Below, piece after piece: positions 35,611 to 44,889 of a stretch of DNA of 64,000 nucleotides (the first letter of the stretch is position 1; the number at the start of each line of letters is the position of its first letter). The notes beneath the pieces are model-generated. The model was not told the origin of the DNA. It worked only from the letters and a program-made list of their open reading frames with translations, and did no database searches. Made by a program: the position numbers and the translations under genes. The DNA is from Psilocybe cubensis. Lineage: Eukaryota. The stretch lies in NCBI GenBank assembly GCA_017499595.2, contig CM039006.1, positions 1,488,001 through 1,552,000 of the forward strand, in the 5' to 3' direction.

Positions 35611-37380
35611 TCAACACCCATCCAATCCATAGTTACACGCAATATGACTACTACAAAACCACCGCCTCTCATTCCTTCCAGGCCTTTCATTCGGCGGATC
35701 GGGAACACACACATGCCCATTCCCATCAAAACTGCGTATAGAGGGAATACACTCCGCGCAAAGACGGAGAAGACCCCATAGGACAATCTCCCCGCAACAT
35801 GATCGGCGGATGATGGTGATGTCGTTCAGAGTCCAGTCTGCAAAGGGAGCCTTGAGCAGTTTCATCTCCTGAATAAAAGGGTGCTCATTTTCACCTCCCT
35901 AAATCGAGGGATTTCAGCGAACAAACAAACACTTGGTGACTACCGAAAGAGGAGTAGACTCAACACATACTATGTCTTTGGGGAAGAACTGACTTGGAGT
36001 GATCGACCGTGTCGTAGTGGATGTAATCATTCTGATACGGAGGCATAGACTTTCGAGACGATACAATTCATACGCCAGTATCGCAAAGAACTCCGCGTTG
36101 ACCTGATAAACAGCCAACGAAAGCTTCGCGAGATTGCTCTTCCCCGTCCTATGATTAACAACGGTCAATAACTTGATGAGCTCCTCTAAAGCTATGGGAC
36201 CATCGATGACCAGCGACCGAAGCGTTGATGAATGGCGGTTCAAAAAGTCCAGCGTATGATCCCATGAAAAAGCCATTACATCAGCTGCAACAGTCAACGA
36301 ATCAAGATTCTCAAGGTACAAATGCGAAAATGTGAATTGGTACGATGCTAACGGTGCAATGGCCGAATACACCGATAACGTGAGGGAGCGTATCGCCGGC
36401 CCCATGCGCTGTAACAATGCTGTTGCGCGGTACTCCCGCGGTTGTAGATGGACAGGCGCCGTCACGTTCAGGTTTAGCGTAGATAGTAACTGAAAATCTC
36501 CAGGACCGAGTAAATTGTCATAGAAGAAGGAAAGATCGTGCATTGGTATACACGACACTTGAAGCTTTTCGAGTGTGCCACATAGAGAATTCACAAATGA
36601 GGATAGAGCAAGTTGCGATTGTACCATTTGTGGCTCCTCGCGCAACATTGATTGTTTGTTGCGGATAGCTACGTCCAGAGATCTGACGTTTCCCAGTGGT
36701 GGTGGTGGTAGAGGAAACATTGCCAGCATTTTTGTGGTAGTTGCTAGAATTCCAATATGCACAAGCCGAGAACCGTGAAGGGTCCATATGCGATCGATAT
36801 ACGGCGCCGAGACATTGTCGTATAGCCTCCAGTCGACTGTGAAGTGGGTAAGACTCGTTAGGGACGGCACGATAACCGCAAGCTTCTCTCTAGCTTCGAC
36901 GGGAGATACGCCTAGTGTACTACTAGTACTGTGACTGTCAACTTGCACAGACTTTGGGGGTGATAGAATACGTTCTTTTGCGTGACGTTGCAATCGCATA
37001 GCGTTGATAATGGTAGACCGCATTGACCGCCCCTTTGCCGAATTGACTTTCAAACCTAAAGACGGAGTACCTTCCTCAAACGCATCCGAGCATATCAACA
37101 GGCGACGGACGCGTTGCGCATTGCGCACATCCCTATTATGCAGTATGCACACATAAAGCAACACAATTTCATCCAGTGGGTAAACAGCGGCTCACTGGAG
37201 TGCATCGAGAACGTGGACAGCATAATCATCCAGCTCCCAAATCCTCACATCGCGGTATCTCGCGTCCATGGCCAGGTCGAAGAGGTATCGGTTGACGCCA
37301 CGTACGTGCTGCAGAGCGGAGGGTGATAGGTACTGAGCTATCTCGTGCCATATTTCTGGAGGTAAGTCCACAAAGTGCAT
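35611..37380 (-). CDS. F-box-like / leucine-rich hypothetical protein (paralog A)
   Basis: N-terminal DLPPEIWHEIAQYL, LRR-like body and C-terminal DITIIRRSCCGEIVLWGLL. Confidence 0.7.
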
Positions 37381-37664
37381 TGGGATTGAAGATGGGAAAG
37401 GTCTGGATAAGAGTGATGATTTGTGACACGCAAGATTCATTCCAAAGTCCGAGGGCTTAATTAATTTGCACCTCTCCTTTCCAGTGTTTGGTACAGCCTG
37501 GCTCCGAGTCCACGTGGTTTGACCCAAAATTTCAGGCCGTCCTCTCTCCTCTCCTCTCGCGTCGCGTTGTGTCGTTGCGCCGCGTCTGTTACAGTCATCC
37601 TGACACGTCATAACAAAGCGCAGTATTAGTAAAGGTATAACACAGTTTTATTCATTTTCTAATA

Positions 37665-38037
37665 CTATGGGTACCCCGTTGTTCGGTTTGGACGGTCAGT
37701 CGGTTTGATGGTAGCTTAGTAATATGATCAGCAGAAATTATGGCTCCGCTATTTCAAGCCGGCGTCGTGCCTTTGTTGATTGTCTCGGGACATGCGTTTT
37801 GCCGGAATGCCGCTCGCTCACGGAGTTAGTGAGAATGATGGGTGATGGAGAAGGATGGAGAGTCGGTTTGGACCTCTATCCGTTCCACTCAGTTTCTGTT
37901 CGTTTTTTATGAAAAAAACTACATTTTTGTGAAGAGAGTGCACGTAATAGTGTATACACCAAGTTTCAGGACGAACGGAGCACTGGGATCTTGAGAAACC
38001 GAATCAACGTCCAAACCGAACAACGGGGTACCCATAG
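37665..38037. mobile_element. Putative Tc1/mariner-type MITE (TA target)
   Basis: Perfect inverted repeat AATACTATGGGTACCCCGTTGTTCGGTTTGGACG at 37661-37694 and 38008-38041, read as TA plus a 30-bp TIR; no coding capacity. Confidence 0.75.
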
Positions 38038-38553
38038 TATTCATAATCATAAATGAGCGATGAAAAATTTGGATGATGATGATGATGATGAGATATACTT
38101 CGCTCGTCAGAATCCAGAATAGAGAATCCAGAATCCAGAATCAGAGAATTCACTTGAGAAGAGAAGAGAAGATCTAAGTTTCAAATTCTCGAAAGGATGG
38201 CTGATATCTCAGATATCTCAGGTTGCGCCAAACTTAAGGCCTGCCATTTGTGCCACTGTGCCTGTAGGCCTGAGTTGGGCCATCTGAATCAAGTGGAACT
38301 ACCACCTTGAACTTGAACTTTAATAATAGCCGTACCAAAATCCGGGAAAGGGCAGAAGAGAGTGATAACACCAAAGGATGTAAAGCAAGAAGAGAAGAGA
38401 CGCTGGAAGGGGCCCGGAATCGGATGCAGTGATGAGGTAATACTTTCCCGCCCCTCCTATGCTTGGCTTATGCAGCTTATGCTTCAACTTCAACTTCAAA
38501 CCAAGTACCGACCAAGTACTTAACAACACCTTTCCCTTCCCCTTTCTTTCTCA

Positions 38554-40153
38554 ATGGCGTCTCTTCCACCAGAGATATGGCGCCAAGTAGCTTCATACAT
38601 CGCACCCGAATTACTACAACATCTCTATTCGCTCAACAAAGCTTTTTTCGACGCTGCGATGGATGTGCGATACCGCGAGGTGAGGTTAGACTCGGAGTGT
38701 TTGGGCGAAGGTGAAGGGGAGAGGGTGCTCGATAGACTCGGGTGCGTGACCTATCAATCTCGTCGACTGCTGCTGCTGTAGCGCTATTATATCTAGATCT
38801 CCAACAGTGTCGTCTCGAGTCAGGCGCTTATATTTATCGTCGCACGACCAAGTCGAAGATGGACAAAGTCCGCACGAAAACGAGAGCCAGCGGTCAAAAT
38901 CTCTCATAAAATCTCTCGCTCGTCGTGCTTTTGGCTCGCGGCAGCATCAAGTCACCCGCGTCGCCTCCAATGACACTACCACCCAACTGCGCGAAAAGTT
39001 GGAAAGGGCGATACCCCTCCTCACCAACGTGCGCGCGTTTCATCTCTCCTGGACATCCTCCAAAGACCATGCTTCCCCTTATCTCGACATCGCATGGAAA
39101 ACATTCGCATTGACACTCACCGAGCTGCATCTAACCATCACAACCACCAAAGCGCTCGCCCTCTTCCCCCTCCCCCTCCCCTTCCCCTCCCTCCAAATCC
39201 TCCACATCCACATTCTAGGACGCACGTCAATTGCACCGTGTCAAGCGGTACTTGCAGCCTTTGTCAACACACTCCATGCAACACTCCAATCCCTCTCTAT
39301 ACGCTCGACGCCTGTTCGAAATTTATCGGATTTTTATCTTGGATTAGGACATTTTAATTATCTTTCCGCGTTGGACGTGGACATTTCCACGGACGCTACG
39401 TTCAAATCTTCGGTTGTCCCGGGCTACACAGCGTTTATAGACCAGCAACGACAAGTGACTGAAGAATTAACGCTCTACATCCCCCCCGACCAGTCAACGA
39501 CCTGGCGTCTCGAAGAACCACGTCTATCAAAACTGGAGAAACTGACGATCGCAGCAGGGCTGGTGGACAACAACTGGGACCAATGTACACGGTTCATGAA
39601 GCGCCATATGAAGAAACTAGCCAGTTTCAGCACGGACGGGCGCATATATCCTGCGCGGCTCGCTTCGTTTCTTGAAGTCTTTCATCATAGGAATCCGTAT
39701 TCGGTGCTCTGCACGCTCTCCTTTTCTGCGGCGAGTTTGGATGTTAGGTTGATGGACCTGCTGGCGAATGGTCTTTTTCGGTTACGCAGTTTGACATTGT
39801 TGATTGATTCTGTTGCAGTGCATGCGAAATGCACTGTTATTCCAAGCGAATTCTACCCTCGCGGATCGCCAGCCGACCCGCCATTACCCTTCATTCGCGG
39901 TCTACGCGCCTGCGACGCGCTCAAAAAGTGGGAGTTGGAGGATATCACCATAAAACGCCATTCATGCTGCGGTGAACTCATTTTATGGGGCTTGATGGAG
40001 GTTTGCGCGGGGGTTGTACCGTCTATTAAAAGTTTTGTGGGGGTGGAGAGTTTGAGTGTGCCTGTTCCGTCGAATGTTCCGCCGAAGCGGTGTGTGGGTA
40101 GGGGATTTGGTGCGAGTGGTGGGTGTAGGTATAATCGGGATCATACGGCTTGA
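38554..40153 (+). CDS. F-box-like / leucine-rich hypothetical protein (paralog B)
   Basis: MASLPPEIWRQVASYI, one intron near 38743-38807, C-terminal DITIKRHSCCGELILWGLM; clear paralog of 35611-37380. Confidence 0.72.
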
Positions 40154-40170
40154 GGGATAGTTATATGTCA

Positions 40171-40340
40171 ATCTGATCCAGAAGCAGAAGCTCTGCTCGG
40201 GCTGTCGTTCAAATTTTCATCTTGCATGTTGAGACACAAGAAGAGAAGAGAGTTGGCGGCTACGAGAGAGGAGCACTGGCAGGCCCGGCAGGAACTTTGG
40301 AAGAATGATATGTCGTATTTAAACTCCAGGACAGATATAG
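40171..40340 (-). repeat. Inverted copy of the MFS transporter 5' leader and first codons (51089-51258)
   Basis: Near-identical reverse complement; the ORF track gives MQDENLNDSPSRASASGSD at both places. Confidence 0.92.
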
Positions 40341-42354
40341 CATCGGAAAAGTCTGGACAAGCACCCATACCCGTAGTAGGTGCCTAGGGAGGTTACTCTG
40401 GAGAAAGAAAGTTGGGAAGTGACAGTATCTGGGTTCATTTTTCCGTGTTGCAAAAAGGAGCGGTACTGATACATACTCTTTTTTAGTCGAGAGAAATCGA
40501 TTCCATGCAATCTCGTAAGTTGGTTGCTCAAGTCATTTTTCTTTCCTTGACAGCTTACCTCCCATGGTCAGATAGGAAATCTATAAGCAAAGATCCCAAC
40601 TCACAAGACTCACAAACTTACACTCAACTCGCTCATGCGATCGTGCGTTTCCTCGGTCTCGAGTCACAGGAAGAGCTAGCAGAATACAACCTCAATAACG
40701 CCGGGGAGCTAGTGGATCTCATTTCCAGGGTACGTTTCTTTGTCCTCGTATTCGTAACCGTAACGATGCTGACGTCTACTTGCATTGCATCTAGTTCACC
40801 ACTAATACTTTCACGGTGTCTACCCCGGCACTGGCGCCTTTGGGCGCATGTGTCTCGCCATTGGTAGCACTGATAAATCACTCTTGCGATCCTAACGCAG
40901 TGGTTGTATTTCCTCGGGCAACTTCAAGGAGGGAGGACGAACCCCTGATGCAGGTTATCGCGTTGAAACACATTGCGCCTGACGAGGAGGTACATACACA
41001 CCCCCTATTCCTCCCCCTAAGACGTCTTTGCCTTCCAAGTTTCTGAATTCTTTTGGTTTAGGTGTTGACAGCGTATATCGACACCACCCTTCCACGGGAG
41101 CATCGAAAGAAAATTCTAAATGAGACATATCACTTCACGTGCAGATGCCCTCTGTGTGCTCCACCACCACCAGCCGCGAATAGTAGTGCTCTGGACATGC
41201 GAGAAGCGATGTGGTGCCCCAAGAAATGCGGTGGGATGTGTCCGTTACCAACAGAAGGTGCGTGTTTATTACCGTCCCCCTTGAAGTCCGCGTTAATTTT
41301 TTTTTTTCTTTTCTTTTCTTTTCTTTTCTTTTCTTTTCTTTTTTTTTTCAGAGAAGAGTTTGACGAGGTGTAATAGATGTAAAACGCCTGTCAAGGACAC
41401 GGACGCCGTTCTTGACGCTGTACGCGTTGGCCAGGAAGCGTTGCATAAAGCTGAAGCACTCCAGTTTACCAGTGCGTTTTTCATATCCCCCCGAATTTCT
41501 CTAACAACTACCGCTCATAGTTTCTCTTCTATCTATCAGATCCAACGAAGTCCATTCAGCTGACGACGAAACTGGTTCCTATTTTAGTATCCGTCGGACT
41601 CGTACCGGCGGCGTACCCGCTCCTCGCTCTATGCCGACTATGCGCGTCATTGCTCATTTCGCACCTCTCACCTGCCACCAGCGATGTTGAGGAAGTTCTT
41701 TCACCAGAACTACAATCCTCCTCCTCCTCCTCCTCCTCCTCCTTACCAGCGGATCCGATGAACAAACGCACTGATCCTCGTACACCAGAAGAACAACAAG
41801 AAGCGCTGGACGACGCAATTCGCGCAGCGACGCGCGCGAGCTCTGGGCTTTCGCTGATTTTGGCAGAGGGACTCCCGGTACGAGGGGTCGCGCTGGCGGA
41901 GCTTGGAAAACTTTTGGCGGTGCATGAGCCGTGTCCTGCGGGCGTTGAGCCGGGTTCGCAAGGTGTCTCGTCACCTGGCGCTCCAGCAATTTCTCCATCT
42001 CCACCTTCGCCTTTGCCTTTGCCTTCACCCTCACCTTCTCCTTCACCATTGACGATGCACCCACACCCACACCTAAACTCCACACCCACACCTAAAACCC
42101 ACACCCACACCCACACCCTACCCACCCTCCGGCCCACCCTCCGGCCCACCCCGCCTCAAACTCGCCTACGAAACGCTCGTGCGCGCGCGGGCTGAGCTTC
42201 TAGTCGGCTTTGGAAACGGCAAGAATGAGGGCGGGGAGGTTGGGCGGGCTGTTAGGACGATGGCGGTGGATGTGAGCGGGAGTTGGTTGTTTGGAGGAAG
42301 GGGGTTAGGGATGCCGCTGCCGGTGTGCTGGATGGGCGGGGACTCGGAGGCGTG
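40341..42354 (+). pseudogene. 5'-truncated, frameshifted inverted copy of the SET-MYND gene
   Basis: Reverse complement of about 49938-48022 with introns retained; lacks start and MYND exons; indels near 40372, 42060-42140 and 42273. Confidence 0.9.
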
Positions 42355-43199
42355 TCAATGGTTAGAGGTGAGAATGTGTGCGATGGTTAGTTTAATAGTT
42401 AGTCACGTAGTATTGATTGATGAGGCTGATTGGTGACTGGTGTTAGTTGTCGTCCGTCATAAAAGTTTAACTTGGTATGGTAACTTGGTATTGTCGTAGT
42501 ACACGACCCTGTTCAAACATCCATTAATCACGTGACCGCTTTTTTTCCTTTCGAAACCTGACCTGACAGCCAACTTGACTGTGATTTCACACTTTTACAT
42601 TTACATTCTGTGGCCCTGTCTTAGCTCTCTCTGTGGATGCTACTATGTACCGGGATTGGGAATACGCAGGACGGTACTGGTTTCAGATTCAGAGCGAACT
42701 TGGAATCGACTCGGAGACTCACTGTTGGACAATGGACCTACAAGTATTTTGTAGCTTTTGTCTCCTTGGCGATTTGGAATTTCAAATGGGTTGTTAATGT
42801 AATGTGCGTTCATCATTTAATATTTATCCTTTATCCTTTGGCGCCCGTGAGTAAGTTACAAGGAGTAGAGCAATAAGACTGACTTTACACACAGTTTCGA
42901 AGTTTCGGTTTTGAAGTTTTGAAGGTTATACGCGTACATACGAGTTGGTTGGCCAACAGCGACAACAGCAACTACAAGGATAACTACAAATACAAGCCGG
43001 ATTAACTCTACACACTCCAAGATCCAAGATCCAACCAACAGCACACAAAATCTAACCTCATTTTCAAAAGTTCCACCACATCCGATTCAGTTCGGTTCGG
43101 TACGACTACGCACCCTGTCATTATCAGTAAGTCAGTATATCATCTTTGACGAAATCGCAATGTCTCGTTTTGTCTCGTCTCGCTGCAGTGGTAGCAGCC

Positions 43200-44225
43200 T
43201 TAGTTCCGGTTCGAGTTCGCAAATGAATCAAGTTGAAAAGTACCACCACCCCCATCCATATCCGCATCCGCATCTGCACTATCCACCGGCATCTGCGCTA
43301 ACCCATCTAACCCATCTAAACCAGTCGCAGACGCAGCCGCGGACGAGGACGCGGACGGTCCCTCGAGCATATCACCCTCCAAATCAACGCGCATATAATC
43401 CACTTGGTATGTATCATCTTCGCCTTCGCGCTGAACCACAATAGACGAAACCGCCGCCGCCGCCAACGCCGAAGACGACGAAGAGGAAGAGGAGGAAGAG
43501 GACAAAGCGGAAGCCGAGCTCTCAAGGAACGGCGAATCAAGCACCCTCCTCGCCCTCTTAAAAGCCCTCGCCCGCCCAGGCGAAATCCTTCCCTTCTTCT
43601 CGTCATGGGCCACATATGTCTGATTAAAATACTCAAAGAGCAATTTCCCGTTCTCGCGCGAGAGCTCGTGGATGTGCAGTGCTTCGTCGGAGGATAATTC
43701 GATGTCGCTGCTATAGCTAAACCGCGCACGATTGCGACGACGCGCGGAATCGCGGGGTCTTTGGGGGTGCTGGGGGTTGGGGTTTGGTGGCATAGCGTGA
43801 ATGCCACCGATCGTTTTAGGGGACGGAGTCTTGAATCGGTCGTACTGCTCACTAATAGCATTGCTATTGGTGTTGGTGTTGGTGATCTCCTCGAGCATCT
43901 TGTCTGTTTCGTCGTTTGCCAGTGGGGATTTTGGATTGTTGTTGTTGGCGGTGGGATGTGGGACTGTGTTAGGACTTGACTTTGAACTCGGACTCGGAGT
44001 CGGGTGGCAGGAAGGACATGAAGCACCTGAAGCTGAAGTGCCACCCTGGAGGTGCGGTTGGGACATCTGAGTTGGTATCAGGCGTCCTTTCGTTTCGTTT
44101 CGATTTTGATTTCGTCTTCGTCTTCGTCTGCGGTTTGCGTAGAAGGGGATGGAACGAGGGAGAAAACCAGAGGAACGAGAGGAAACCTTTCGACAATGTA
44201 AGTCTTCGAAAACTGGATTCTCCAT
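43200..44225 (-). CDS. Low-complexity orphan hypothetical protein, apparently intronless; start may be the internal MSQPHL
   Basis: 341-aa ORF with Ser/Ala/Asp-rich ends around a short globular-looking core (ALHIHELSRENGKLLFEYFNQTY). Confidence 0.5.
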   Translation of the reverse strand: MENPVFEDLHCRKVSSRSSGFLPRSIPFYANRRRRRRRNQNRNETKGRLIPTQMSQPHLQGGTSASGASCPSCHPTPSPSSKSSPNTVPHPTANNNNPKSPLANDETDKMLEEITNTNTNSNAISEQYDRFKTPSPKTIGGIHAMPPNPNPQHPQRPRDSARRRNRARFSYSSDIELSSDEALHIHELSRENGKLLFEYFNQTYVAHDEKKGRISPGRARAFKRARRVLDSPFLESSASALSSSSSSSSSSSALAAAAVSSIVVQREGEDDTYQVDYMRVDLEGDMLEGPSASSSAAASATGLDGLDGLAQMPVDSADADADMDGGGGTFQLDSFANSNRN

Positions 44226-44889
44226 TATCCCTTCCTATTAAACAACCTGTGGCCCGGCCCTAACAGAAAAATTATTCAAAAAACCAGATATAAAAGTGTG
44301 CCCCTCATCGACGAAATTGGCTAGCAACCGAACGAATGACCGATATCGAGTGGCACTATCATACCCGGAGGCACCGTCCTTTGTCTTCTTTTTTTTTGGC
44401 TTTCCCAGTTTGGACTCTGGGGCACAAAACAATGCCCCTGGATTTTCGATACCGCGGCGCGTCGATCGTGGATGAGATCCAACACGACGACGAGGAGATT
44501 ATGGAAAGTATGAAGTGAAGTGAAGGTCTGCAGGCATAACACGATAGGTGGAGGAAAGGAAAGGTTCAAAAACCAAAAAGCGATGGAGGCACGTACGGAC
44601 GGAGGCATTAACGGAAATTCTGCCGGTAATCTCCATTACATATCAAATTGGCTTGGCCCATCAACTTCTCAGGATACTGCACGCTGATATAAATACAAGG
44701 TCCCAGTTCGCTTTTGGGTTTCTCCCCACCTCAAGACAACAACAACAACGACGGCGACAAGTACATCCTCAAGAACTACAGCAAGATTTCCTCTTCTCCC
44801 CTTTCCCTTACCCTTTCCCTTTCCCTCATTCCTCCCCACCTACACCCACATCCTATCACTATCGTCTATCCCCTACCCCGAACTCGAAC

